This document shows, in pieces, positions 1 through 8,775 of a DNA stretch of 64,000 nt. Below the pieces are notes generated by a model. The model worked only from the letters and a program-made list of their open reading frames with translations, made no database searches and was not told the DNA's origin. The DNA is from an uncultured Halobacteriales archaeon (GTDB lineage Archaea > Thermoplasmatota > E2 > JACPAO01 > JAHFTW01), in the NCBI GenBank assembly GCA_964643795.1, contig CAZXUC010000003.1, positions 13,549 through 77,548 of the forward strand, in the 5' to 3' direction. Made by a program: the position numbers and the translations under genes. Position 1 is the first letter of the stretch. Every line of letters starts with the position of its first letter.

Positions 1-1789
1 ACTTGCGCGGTCCCAGGATGATGAGCAACTCCTCGGCCCGCGTCACGCTGACGTTCAAGCGCCGGTGGTCCTCGTGCGGTTTGGCTGGATGAAGCGTCGT
101 GAGGTCGAAGAGGATGGCCTTGCGTTCGTTGCCTTGGAACGCATCAACGGTGGCCGCCGTCGTCCGCGTGAAGGCGGCGAGTCTCGCGTTGCTGGCCACC
201 GTCTCGCGGAACAGTTCGGCTTGCGCCCGGAACGGGGCGATGTAGCCGAGGTCGGAGGGGTCGAACCCTTGCTTGACGAATTCCCGCAGCACCTTGAGGG
301 CGAGGTCGAGGTGCGTCTGGTTGGTCCGCGACGTACCGGCCGGCTCGGACCGATTGCCAGCGACGTGTCCGGTATCTATCCACACGACGGGCGACGTGAG
401 CGGCGTTCCGAACAACTTCAGTTTGGCGGGCTTCCCACTGCGCGCCGATGAGACTTTTCCCCCGTAGATGGCGTCCTGCGACCACTCGTAGATGGCGGGG
501 TGGCAGCGGAACTGTGCGTCCAAGAGGACCGAGAGGTCGGGCCGCAGCATCTGCATGAGTTCGAAGTGGCTGCGCTTGTAGTTCTCATCGTTGCGAAACG
601 ACCAGGCGCGTACGATGGGCGGAAGTTGGAGGGGGTCGCCGACTAGGACGAGGCGGCGGGCGACGGCGTGGGCGATGGCAATCTTGGGGAACGCGTTCAT
701 GCCGGCCTCGTCGACCAGCACGTAATCGAACGGTGGCACTTCCTCGTTGAGCTGGTCACACACTACGAGCGCGCTTGCGAGGGCGTCGAGAGTCATTCCA
801 ACGATGGGGTGACGGCGCTGGAGGTTCTCGAAGAGGGGAAGTTGCTTTTCGCGTGCTGCTGGGTCCTCCCCATCCTCAAGCGGCGAAGGGCGGAATTCAC
901 CGACGCGTCGATTGATGTGGGCGAGGTCGGCGGCGACTTTGCTGGATTCGCCGAGGCGCACCATCTTGGCTTCGAGCGACTTGTCGCCGCGCAGCGCCTT
1001 GCGAAGCGCGTTGTCGATGGCGACGTGGGTGTGGCTGGTGACGAGGACAGTGCGACCGCGCGTGACGGCTTCTTTCAGGAATCTGGCGATGACGGTGGTC
1101 TTCCCCGTCCCGGGCGGGCCTTGGACTAGGAACACGCCCCGCTCGGGGAGGTTCAGCGCCAGACGCACCGCGCGGGCTTGAGCAGGAAGCAGGCCTTCGT
1201 CCTTCCAACCCGGAATCGATTTGTCGATTAACTTTGGCAAGTCGAGCGGCGACGTAAGCTCGCCCATCGAGCGAAATCTCCGCTTCACGACGAGGAAAGC
1301 TTTGAGCAGGTTCCGGTACAGCGTCGCGCTCGTCGCGGGTCGCAGAATAATCTCGTACCCCTTGCGCAGCCCAGCCCACTCAGCTCGGTCGGCTTCTAGC
1401 TCCAACACGGAGCCGGCCTTCCGCGTGACGTCGACGTTGACGGCATCCTTCGAGTCCAGCTTGGCGTCAGTCGGAAACGCCTCCAGCCGACTGCCCTTCA
1501 CGATCCAGCGGTCCTTGCCGCCGACGAGTTGAACGCGTAACCTGGCACCGAGGGGTCCGCGGTGGGCATCCTCGACGATGGCGCGCAACTGCTTGGCTCC
1601 GTCGCCTTCGAGTTCCTCGACGCGGATCTCTTCCTGCAGCGCCTTGAGGTGTTCGTCGAAACTCGGCACGCGCGGGTCCACGATGGGACTGACTTGCAGA
1701 GCGTGACAATTCGAGCAGCAGGTGACGAGGGCGGCGCCGAAGCGGACCAAAATGGCTTGGCCTCCGGTGCACGCCTTGCATCCTGTCAT
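1..1789 (-). CDS. Superfamily-1 helicase (Upf1/DNA2-like, AAA_11/AAA_12 type) with N-terminal CxxC...CxxC zinc ribbon; 3' end runs off the left edge
   Basis: Own minus-strand translation from ATG at 1789: MTGCKACTGG...CCSNCH. Motifs: Walker A LVQGPPGTGKT, DYVLVDEAG, LVLVGDPLQLPPIV, VDAFQGNERKAILF, LNVSVTRA. Missing from the ORF track because no stop lies inside the window. Confidence 0.85.
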   Translation of the reverse strand, partial: MTGCKACTGGQAILVRFGAALVTCCSNCHALQVSPIVDPRVPSFDEHLKALQEEIRVEELEGDGAKQLRAIVEDAHRGPLGARLRVQLVGGKDRWIVKGSRLEAFPTDAKLDSKDAVNVDVTRKAGSVLELEADRAEWAGLRKGYEIILRPATSATLYRNLLKAFLVVKRRFRSMGELTSPLDLPKLIDKSIPGWKDEGLLPAQARAVRLALNLPERGVFLVQGPPGTGKTTVIARFLKEAVTRGRTVLVTSHTHVAIDNALRKALRGDKSLEAKMVRLGESSKVAADLAHINRRVGEFRPSPLEDGEDPAAREKQLPLFENLQRRHPIVGMTLDALASALVVCDQLNEEVPPFDYVLVDEAGMNAFPKIAIAHAVARRLVLVGDPLQLPPIVRAWSFRNDENYKRSHFELMQMLRPDLSVLLDAQFRCHPAIYEWSQDAIYGGKVSSARSGKPAKLKLFGTPLTSPVVWIDTGHVAGNRSEPAGTSRTNQTHLDLALKVLREFVKQGFDPSDLGYIAPFRAQAELFRETVASNARLAAFTRTTAATVDAFQGNERKAILFDLTTLHPAKPHEDHRRLNVSVTRAEELLIILGPRK

Positions 1790-1865
1790 GCTCGCGGCAC
1801 TTGGGGGGTCGATATGAGGCCGTTGGGCCGCCCGGTGGCAAATTGGGCCGGTGTGCCGTAGAACT

Positions 1866-2043
1866 GGAGGCCTGGGATTTCACACATTCACACAGATTTA
1901 GGTCCTCAGTGGGTGCGCCCTTTCACGCGGAGGTCGCGGAATCCCGCGGAATCGTTTCCGCGACTTTCGCGTTCTCCGCGTGAGGTGTAGTGCGTTGCGC
2001 GCGAGTACACAATCTGTGAATTTCTGTGCAATCCCAGGCCTCC
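1866..2043. repeat. P-type long-hairpin MITE-like element (178 bp), followed by a degenerate T tail to about 2110
   Basis: Terminal inverted repeats GGAGGCCTGGGATTTCACA / TGTGCAATCCCAGGCCTCC. Internal arms CACGCGGAG-GTCGCGGAA...TTCCGCGAC...CTCCGCGTG. Near-identical copy at 41900-42077. Confidence 0.8.
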
Positions 2044-2115
2044 CACACTACGGCCTTCCATCCAACCTGGACCGGCGACCGGCACACCCATCAACCTCCG
2101 CCCGACTGCGACCCC

Positions 2116-2907
2116 GTGGCCGACCCGGTGCGCACCGCCTTCGACGCCGCCAACGGCATCCTCATTGTGACTCTGGCGCGCCCGGAAAAGAAGAACGCCC
2201 TCGACCTCGAGACGCTCGGCCTTCTCCAACAGGCTATCGAACGCGCCCGCGACCATGAGGCAATCCGCGTCGTCGTCCTCGCAGCGGAGGGCGACATGTT
2301 CAGCGCCGGCGGCGACATCCAGGTCATGAAGCAATTCGCCGGCGATGCCATGGCGACACTCGACCGACTGCGCCGCGGCTTGAACCGGCTCGTCACCCTG
2401 ATTCACGAATTGCCGAAACCAATCGTCGCCCAAGTCCAAGGCAACGCGTACGGCGCCGGAGCAATCCTCGCCTTCCAATGCGACCTCGCCGTCGTCGCCG
2501 ACGACGCCACGTTCAGCCTGAGTTTCCGTCACGTCGGGCTCATTCCGGACACGGGCGGAACGTGGTTGCTGCCCCGAGTCGTGGGATTACAGCGCGCGAA
2601 ATACCTGGCCTGGACGGCCGCGCCCTTCACCGCCGCCGAAGCCGTCGCGTGGGGACTCGCCTTCAAGGCCGTTCCAAAGACGCAACTGGAAGGGACAGTC
2701 CGCAACCTCGCCGCCGCCCTCGCCGACGGACCCGCCGCGACGCTGGGCCTTGCGAAGCAGGCGTTCCAACGCAACCTCGACGCCCCTCTTGCCGAAGCGC
2801 TCGACCGCGAAGCCCGCCTGCAGGCCGCTACGTTCCTCACGAAGGAGCACGCGGAGGGGCGCGACGCCTTCTTCGAGCGGCGGAAACCGGACTTCCGGAA
2901 GCAGTAG
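2116..2907 (+). CDS. Enoyl-CoA hydratase/isomerase (crotonase family)
   Basis: ORF 2026-2907. The N-terminal 30 codons lie inside the repeat, so GTG 2116 is preferred. Motifs: ILIVTLARPEKKNALD, AAEGDMFSAGGDI, QGNAYGAGAILA. Confidence 0.85.
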   Translation: MADPVRTAFDAANGILIVTLARPEKKNALDLETLGLLQQAIERARDHEAIRVVVLAAEGDMFSAGGDIQVMKQFAGDAMATLDRLRRGLNRLVTLIHELPKPIVAQVQGNAYGAGAILAFQCDLAVVADDATFSLSFRHVGLIPDTGGTWLLPRVVGLQRAKYLAWTAAPFTAAEAVAWGLAFKAVPKTQLEGTVRNLAAALADGPAATLGLAKQAFQRNLDAPLAEALDREARLQAATFLTKEHAEGRDAFFERRKPDFRKQ

Positions 2908-2980
2908 TCGCAGAGGAGCGAGGATGATGGAGCCAGCGCGCACCGGCCCAACCGTCAACGCCCCCGCGTCAACCAACCGA

Positions 2981-3050
2981 CCGACCGGGGATTACGGAGA
3001 TTTCGGGGACACTCGGTCACATCCCGTTCCGCGAAATCCGCTGCCCGGGG
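2981..3050. repeat. W-type short repeat (CCGACCGGGGATTACGGAGATTTCGGGGACACTCGGTCACA...)
   Basis: Second copy at 7191-7275 (CCGACCGGGGGTTACGGAGATTTCGGGGAGACTGGGTCACA...). Confidence 0.65.
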
Positions 3051-3114
3051 TCGAACGGGCGTCCGGGTCGGGTGGCGCCAAACGCCCTTTGAACCATGGC
3101 CATGTTGGGTCGCC

Positions 3115-3999
3115 GTGGACATCCGACGCGTTGCCGTCATCGGGGCAGGGACAATGGGGGCCGGCATCGCGCAGGTATGCTGCCAAGCCGGGTTCGAGAC
3201 GCACCTCGTCGACGCCGACCCAGCCGCGCTCAAGCGGGCCGTCGGACGCATCACGGAATTCTGGGACAAGGGCATCGCGAAGGGCAAGACGACGCCGGAG
3301 CAGAAGGAGGACTGGTTGCGCCTGCTCAAGGCTGAACCCGACCTGCCGACCGCGGCGCGGACGGCTGACCTCGTCATCGAGGCCATCCCGGAAATCATGG
3401 AACTTAAGCGGAAAATCTTCTCGGAGCTGGACCACAATGCGCCCAAGCATGTCATCCTGGCCACGAACACGTCGAGCTTGAGCGTCAAGGAGATTGCCTC
3501 CGCCACGAAGCGGCCGGGACAAGTCGTCGGTTTGCACTTCTTCAATCCCGTCCCGTTGATGCAGCTCCTGGAGATTGTCCGCCACGACGCGACGGACTCT
3601 GCTGTGCTCAAGGCCTCCCATGATTTCGGGGCCAAGCTGGGCAAGACAACCATCCTCGTGCGCGATTCCCCGGGTTTCGCCACCAGTCGCCTCGGCATTG
3701 TGCTTGGCAACGAGGCGATGCGCATGCTGGACGAGAACGTCGCCTCCGCGAAGGATATCGACACGGCGATGAAACTTGGCTACGGGCACCCGATGGGGCC
3801 GCTGGAACTCTCCGACCTCATCGGCCTCGACGTGCGACTCAACGTGGGCGACTACCTCTACAGCAAGTTCGGCGGCGAGCACTACAAGTCCCCGCACCTT
3901 CTCCGGAGGCTCGTTGCCTCCGGAGCAGTCGGCAAGAAATCCGGAAAGGGATTCTACGATTGGTCGAGCGGCCAACCCAAGGAGCGCCAACTGCCATGA
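3115..3999 (+). CDS. 3-hydroxyacyl-CoA (3-hydroxybutyryl-CoA) dehydrogenase
   Basis: N-terminal Rossmann motif VAVIGAGTMGAGIA; HFFNPVPLMQLLEIV; PGFATSRL. GTG start. CCCTTTGAA box about 28 nt upstream. Confidence 0.9.
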   Translation: MDIRRVAVIGAGTMGAGIAQVCCQAGFETHLVDADPAALKRAVGRITEFWDKGIAKGKTTPEQKEDWLRLLKAEPDLPTAARTADLVIEAIPEIMELKRKIFSELDHNAPKHVILATNTSSLSVKEIASATKRPGQVVGLHFFNPVPLMQLLEIVRHDATDSAVLKASHDFGAKLGKTTILVRDSPGFATSRLGIVLGNEAMRMLDENVASAKDIDTAMKLGYGHPMGPLELSDLIGLDVRLNVGDYLYSKFGGEHYKSPHLLRRLVASGAVGKKSGKGFYDWSSGQPKERQLP

Positions 4000-4856
4000 A
4001 CCCACCGACGTCCGCGGGACCTGGGCGCTCGACGCCGGCACGCACTACGCCTACGCCCGCCACGCCTACCCCGTCCAAGCCTACGCCCTCGACGCCGTCG
4101 ACCAGTGCGCCCATCGTCTTGAGCCGCGACGAAGGGCGTGTCCGCATCCTTACCCTCAACCGGCCCGACCACCGCAACGCTCTCGACGCCGCAATTCGGA
4201 CGGAACTCATCAAGGCGCTCCGCACGGCGGAAAGCGATACGTCCGTCGGCGCCATTGTCCTGACCGGTGCAGGCTCCTCCTTCGCAGCCGGCGCCGACTT
4301 GCGCGAACTGCTTGCCAGGAGCTCCGACGAACAGCTGCATTTTCTTGAGCCTCCTCACATCTATTCCGTCATTGAACAACTGCGCAAACCCGTCGTGGCC
4401 GCGATTAACGGGCACGCTCTCGGCGCCGGACTCGAACTTGCCACGGCATGCGACCTGCGCGTATGCAGCGACAAGGCGAAGCTCGGCCAACCCGAGATCA
4501 ACCTCGCCCTCATCCCCGGGGGCGGAGGCACGCAACGGCTCGTCCACATGGTCGGACGCGGGCAAGCCAGCCGGTTGGTCTTGACAGGCGACGCCATCTC
4601 TGCGCAGGACGCAAATGCAATCGGCCTCGTCGACCTCGTGGTCCCGGCAGAAGTTGTCCTAGCGGAATCCGTTCGCAGCGCCGGCTTGATGGCCCGCCAC
4701 GACCCCGTCGCCCTCGACGCAGCCAAGCAGGCGCTGCACGCCGCGATGACCGAGACCTATGCGGAAGGATTGACGCGGGAGATAGACCACTTCGTCCGCC
4801 TGCATGCGCGCGACGAAGTGAAGGCCGCCATTCGAGCGTTCCTGGAGAAAAAGTAG
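3996..4856 (+). CDS. Enoyl-CoA hydratase (crotonase) with Pro/Thr-rich N-terminal extension
   Basis: ATG 3996 overlaps the upstream TGA (ATGA). Motifs: ILTLNRPDHRNALD, GAGSSFAAGADL, INGHALGAGLELA. Confidence 0.85.
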   Translation: MNPPTSAGPGRSTPARTTPTPATPTPSKPTPSTPSTSAPIVLSRDEGRVRILTLNRPDHRNALDAAIRTELIKALRTAESDTSVGAIVLTGAGSSFAAGADLRELLARSSDEQLHFLEPPHIYSVIEQLRKPVVAAINGHALGAGLELATACDLRVCSDKAKLGQPEINLALIPGGGGTQRLVHMVGRGQASRLVLTGDAISAQDANAIGLVDLVVPAEVVLAESVRSAGLMARHDPVALDAAKQALHAAMTETYAEGLTREIDHFVRLHARDEVKAAIRAFLEKK

Positions 4857-4857
4857 G

Positions 4858-5736
4858 ATGCCGCAGGTGCCCGAACGAGCAAGCATGACCTCGTGGCGCC
4901 ACGCCGGCATCCCAGTCATCGACGCTCACGTCCACGTCAACCGCTTCGACCTCATGACGCCCGGCGCGCAAGCCGTCATCCGCTCGAATCCAAGTTTCCC
5001 ACAGATGGAGCGCTTCGTGTCGGACGCCCACGCCTTCCTAGCCCACATGGATAAAGAAGGAATCCAGAAATCGTGGCTCATCAACTACTGCGCCAAGGCC
5101 GTCATGGGTTACGGTTGGGAAGTCAACGACTGGGTAGCCCGCTACGTTCGCGCGGATCCGAACCGTTTGATGGCTGTGGGAGGCTTCGACCCTCGCCACG
5201 ACGGGGACGGCGCAACGGCCGCCCAGAAATTGCACAGACTCGGCATCAAGGCCGTCAAGATCCATACCGTCCACCAACACCTCGCCCCCGACGATGTGAG
5301 ACTCGATGGGCTGTACGGCGCGTGCGAAGATGTCGCGATGCCCGTCATCTTCCACACGGGCACGAGCCGTTTCCCGGGTGCCGATAACTCCTTCGCCGAC
5401 CCGACGCCCATCGCCGCCGTCGCGCAGGAGCACCCAAAGTTGCCCATCATCATCGCGCACGGTGGACGCCCCGACCACACGGACGCGGCGCTGCGGCTCC
5501 TGTCGAGGTTTCCCAACACGTGGCTTGACGTCTCGAGTTGTCCACCAAAGCGGCTCGCGGATTACTTCGGCGACCTCGGCAAACTGGCCAAGCGTACGTT
5601 GTGGGGAAGCGATTGGCCAGGACCAGGTGTTCCGGGCATGGCCGCCAACGTCGAGGCGTTCCTCGCGCTCGGCTTGGGCGACGACGTCAACCGTGCCATC
5701 CTGCACGGCAACGCAGAGCGTCTGGTCAGGACTTGA
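4858..5736 (+). CDS. Amidohydrolase-2 family metal-dependent hydrolase (TIM barrel)
   Basis: IDAHVHVNRF near the N-terminus, IFHTGTS, IIIAHGGRP, WGSDWP. Starts 2 nt after the upstream stop. Confidence 0.75.
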   Translation: MPQVPERASMTSWRHAGIPVIDAHVHVNRFDLMTPGAQAVIRSNPSFPQMERFVSDAHAFLAHMDKEGIQKSWLINYCAKAVMGYGWEVNDWVARYVRADPNRLMAVGGFDPRHDGDGATAAQKLHRLGIKAVKIHTVHQHLAPDDVRLDGLYGACEDVAMPVIFHTGTSRFPGADNSFADPTPIAAVAQEHPKLPIIIAHGGRPDHTDAALRLLSRFPNTWLDVSSCPPKRLADYFGDLGKLAKRTLWGSDWPGPGVPGMAANVEAFLALGLGDDVNRAILHGNAERLVRT

Positions 5737-6526
5737 CTGGGAAGTGAGCCTGCAACCATCCGAGCAAGGCGGCGTTGAACTCATCGGCGCGCTCCATCGG
5801 GACCAGGTGGGCCGCCTTCGCGATGACCTCAATCTTTGCCCCGGTGATGCCGTCGGCCATCACCTGTGCTGCTTCCCGCGGAGTTACCTTATCCTCCTCC
5901 CCCACCACGACGAGCGTAGGGCATGCGATGTGGGGTAATCCGGGTCGGCGGTCCTTGCGGTCGCGCAGTGCGGCTAACGCGGCTAGCACGGATTTCTTCG
6001 GTTGCCGCATCATCATGGTGCGCACTTCGTCGGCAAGTAGTGCCCGCTGCGTCCGCGTTTGCGCCGTGAGCAGGTTGGGCAGCATCGCCTGTGCCACGAC
6101 GCGGACGCCGTAGACGCGAACGTCTGCAATGGTCGCATCGCGCTTGGCGCGGGCCTCCTCCGAGTCAGGCTCCGACCGCGTGTCGCACAAGACGAGGCCC
6201 TGCAGTTTATCTGGCGAGGACGCTGCAAGGGCGAGGGCCACGTAGCCGCCCATGCTGAAGCCGACGACGATGCACTTGGCGATTCGGAGATGGCCAAGCA
6301 GCGTCTGCACGCGCAGCGCCATGGCGTCGATGGATTCCTCCGGTTCATCGCCGGCGAGTGGCGCGCCGCCATGGCCGAACCCCGGCAGGTCGATGGCCAC
6401 GACGCGGTAGCCGGCACCCGTCAATGGCCCGAGTTGCATCCTCCACATGAGGCGGTCCAGGGGGAAGCCATGCAGCAGGACGACGGTGGGGCCGTCGCGG
6501 GGGCCCAGGACCGCGTGGGACAGCAT
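5726..6526 (-). CDS. Alpha/beta-fold hydrolase (3-oxoadipate enol-lactonase-like)
   Basis: MLSHAVLGPRDGPTVVLLHGFPLD, nucleophile elbow GFSMGG. The longer ORF to 6787 reads into an AT-rich promoter and a repeat. Confidence 0.8.
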   Translation of the reverse strand: MLSHAVLGPRDGPTVVLLHGFPLDRLMWRMQLGPLTGAGYRVVAIDLPGFGHGGAPLAGDEPEESIDAMALRVQTLLGHLRIAKCIVVGFSMGGYVALALAASSPDKLQGLVLCDTRSEPDSEEARAKRDATIADVRVYGVRVVAQAMLPNLLTAQTRTQRALLADEVRTMMMRQPKKSVLAALAALRDRKDRRPGLPHIACPTLVVVGEEDKVTPREAAQVMADGITGAKIEVIAKAAHLVPMERADEFNAALLGWLQAHFPVKS

Positions 6527-6686
6527 CGCGGGCCGATACGGGAGGGGGGACTTGAAGGGATGCGGTGCCTCGCGTGCGCCGCAAGCCAATAAAACTAGCA
6601 AACCCCAACCACAGACGACGCCCACCCCGGCGGCGGACTGCGGTTCGGATTCTAACGCGGTTCGGGGGTAGCATCCTGCGTACTCA

Positions 6687-7309
6687 CCTTTTCCGCAGAT
6701 TGCGCAGATTACGCAGAACGTTGCAGTCGCCTCGTGCCGGTGCAATCTGCGACCGGTCCCGACCATGCCAGCAATGCGGCGAGCCAATGGCGCGCCACGT
6801 TCGAATCAGTCTTCGACGGGCCCCGACTTCCGCCGGCGACGTGGGCGAGGCGATGAACCAGAAACGTCAAGTCAATGCTCGCGGCGATGCGCGCCGCCCA
6901 CACGCGTAGGCCGCGGAACCACGCGGAACGCCGTGGGCCTCGGCGTTTTCCGCGCGCTCCGCGTGAAGAAAGGGAGGCAGGGGAGTCCACACAAACCAGG
7001 GATAAGAAATGGTCCTCGTGGCAGGGCCGAGGTCGAGATTCTGTGAAAATCCGTGCAATCCCAAGCCTCCCACACTACGGCCGCGGCGTCAACCGGGAAC
7101 CCGTGAACGACGCCCCTGCCGTCGGCGGACTGCGGTAAGTCATGTGACAGCGGTTCTGAACACGAGCGACCTCGCCAGTCTAGCGACCATCCGACCGGGG
7201 GTTACGGAGATTTCGGGGAGACTGGGTCACAGTCAGTTCCCCGTAATTCTCGGAATCCTCGGTAGGGCGTGGGGGTCGTTCTGCGTAATCGTCGAAATCT
7301 GCGGAAAGG
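6687..7309. repeat. Composite non-coding element, copy A (modules Q-mid-S-P(98 bp)-T-W-Q'), bounded by 31-32 bp terminal inverted repeats
   Basis: Left end CCTTTTCCGCAGATTGCGCAGATTACGCAGAA (6687-6718). Reverse complement of the right end (7279-7309) is CCTTTCCGCAGATTTCGACGATTACGCAGAA. The interior is homologous to 37383-37793 and, inverted, to 31759-32130. Confidence 0.8.
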
Positions 7310-7320
7310 ACGAAGAGGCG

Positions 7321-8124
7321 TTAGCCGAACTTCGGCGTCCGCTTCTGCACGAAGGCCGTCGTGCCTTCCGCGAAATCCTTGGTGCCCGCCGCCGCTGCGA
7401 TGAGGCCGCGTTCAGCGTCCAATTGGGCAGCAAAGTCGTTGGCCAGTGTGGTCTCGAGCAGGCGCTTCGTCGATTCCCTGCTCATGGCGGCCCAGCTCCC
7501 CCACTTGCGCGCCACCTCGACAGCCCGCGCGACGAGCTGCCCGGCTGGTACGATTTCATCAAGCAGGCCGATGCGGTGGGCATCGTCGGCGGCGATGACT
7601 TCGTTGCCGAAGAAAAAGCGCCGCGTGCGTTGCTCGCCGATGAGTCGCGGCAGAAGCCACGTTGACCCGCCGTCCGGGCTGAGGCCGATGCCGAAATACC
7701 CGGCGGCAAAGCGCGCGTCCGGGCTACCGATGCGAGCGTCGGCGACGAGTGCAAGTCCCAGACCGCCTCCCGCAGCGGCGCCATTGACGGCTGCGACGAC
7801 GGGTTTGGCGCTGGCATGAAGTTCGAGCAGCAATGGGTGGAGTTCCGCCGTCGTATCGAGCACCCATTGCGTCGCGTGGCCTTGCGCGGCGGCCTGCTGC
7901 ATCTCCTTGACGTTCGCGCCGGCGCAGAACGCCTTGCCTGCGCCCGTGAGCACGATGGCGCGCACGCGTGCGTCCTCGAGAAGGCCGATGATCGTATGCC
8001 GGATGTGCCACATCGTCTTCGGGTCCAGGGAGTTCATTGTCTCGGCTTGCGCAAAGGTGACGACCGCGACGCCTCCGCCCTCGTGGCGGACGTGGACCAG
8101 TTCGGCTTTGAGCGTGGCAGGCAT
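7321..8124 (-). CDS. Enoyl-CoA hydratase/isomerase
   Basis: VAVVTFAQAETMNSLD, GAGKAFCAGANV, VNGAAAGGGLGLAL. Confidence 0.85.
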   Translation of the reverse strand: MPATLKAELVHVRHEGGGVAVVTFAQAETMNSLDPKTMWHIRHTIIGLLEDARVRAIVLTGAGKAFCAGANVKEMQQAAAQGHATQWVLDTTAELHPLLLELHASAKPVVAAVNGAAAGGGLGLALVADARIGSPDARFAAGYFGIGLSPDGGSTWLLPRLIGEQRTRRFFFGNEVIAADDAHRIGLLDEIVPAGQLVARAVEVARKWGSWAAMSRESTKRLLETTLANDFAAQLDAERGLIAAAAGTKDFAEGTTAFVQKRTPKFG

Positions 8125-8206
8125 GGCGCGCGCATTCTCGGGTCGGGTGTAAGAGCCTGCCTAGGATGTGCGCACGGTTTGCCAACATCGCCAAACGACG
8201 CCCATT

Positions 8207-8539
8207 TCACGGCTCGCAATGGCGCATGAGCCCAGCCAGGCAGTGGTCGACGAACTCGTCTGATGCCTGGCCAACCTTGCTGCCGAGGCGTTGTACTGCA
8301 ATGGTGCGGACCTGCCCCAGCTTCACCCACGACGGCTTGGCCACGACCCCTGGCGGAACGAGCGCTGATAGGGGAAAACCCAGGCGCTGCGGTGCCGTCG
8401 TCATGGGGAACGAGATGACCGTTCCTGAGCGGGAGTTGAAGTGCCCGTTGCTCGCGACGAGCACCGGTCGGCGGCCCGCCTGCTCGTGACCGAGGGTCGG
8501 CTCCAGGTCCGCCCAGTGAATGCTTCCTCGTTCGATCAT
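8207..8539 (-). CDS. mazF: MazF/PemK-family toxin (mRNA interferase)
   Basis: 110 aa. RGSIHWADLEPTLGHEQAGRRPVLV...SFPMTT...VKLGQVRTI matches the PemK pattern. 4-nt overlap with the upstream antitoxin. Confidence 0.85.
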   Translation of the reverse strand: MIERGSIHWADLEPTLGHEQAGRRPVLVASNGHFNSRSGTVISFPMTTAPQRLGFPLSALVPPGVVAKPSWVKLGQVRTIAVQRLGSKVGQASDEFVDHCLAGLMRHCEP

Positions 8540-8775
8540 CCGAACACTTCACCCTTGAAGCGCTCCTCGGCGAAGGCCACTTCCTCGACCGGGTCGAGCT
8601 GGGCCAGCATTGCAAGGTATTCGGCGTCCCGCTTCGCCTTCGCCTGCCGGGTCGCCTGATTCCGTAGCGCGGCCTCGATGGCGGCGCTCCGGCTCGCGAA
8701 CTCGTGCTTCTTGACGCGGGCATCCAAGGCCTTCACAAGGGAGGAATCCAGGCTGACGGCGACCTTCGTCTTCAT
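8536..8775 (-). CDS. Ribbon-helix-helix (CopG/MazE-like) antitoxin
   Basis: MKTKVAVSLDSSLVKALDARVKK...SRSAAIEAAL fits an RHH fold. ATG 8775 chosen inside ORF 8536-8850. Confidence 0.75.
   Translation of the reverse strand: MKTKVAVSLDSSLVKALDARVKKHEFASRSAAIEAALRNQATRQAKAKRDAEYLAMLAQLDPVEEVAFAEERFKGEVFG

Noticed and set aside
3960-3999. Possible programmed -1 frameshift fusing the 3-hydroxyacyl-CoA dehydrogenase to the downstream crotonase (the crotonase frame is open for 36 nt upstream of the hbd stop)
   Set aside because: No slippery heptamer (X XXY YYZ) or obvious downstream stimulatory structure is visible in GATTGGTCGAGCGGCCAACCCAAGGAGCGCCAACTGCCATGA. Ordinary ATGA termination-reinitiation is the simpler reading.
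5726-6787. Long form of the alpha/beta hydrolase ORF with an apparent lipobox (…GLLVLLACG…)
   Set aside because: The 'signal peptide' is encoded by the only AT-rich patch (TTGCTAGTTTTATTGGCT), which is more likely the promoter/TATA region, and further upstream the ORF runs into repeat copy A. Start 6526 (MLSHAVLGPRDGPTVVLLHGFP) fits the family.
7120-7139. 10-nt identity (CGGCGGACTG) between the conserved T-tail end and the anticodon arm of tRNA-Asn (40328-40337), hinting at a tRNA-derived SINE-like origin
   Set aside because: The similarity does not extend beyond 10 nt in either direction. A GC-rich 10-mer match in 64 kb (both strands) is not clearly above chance.
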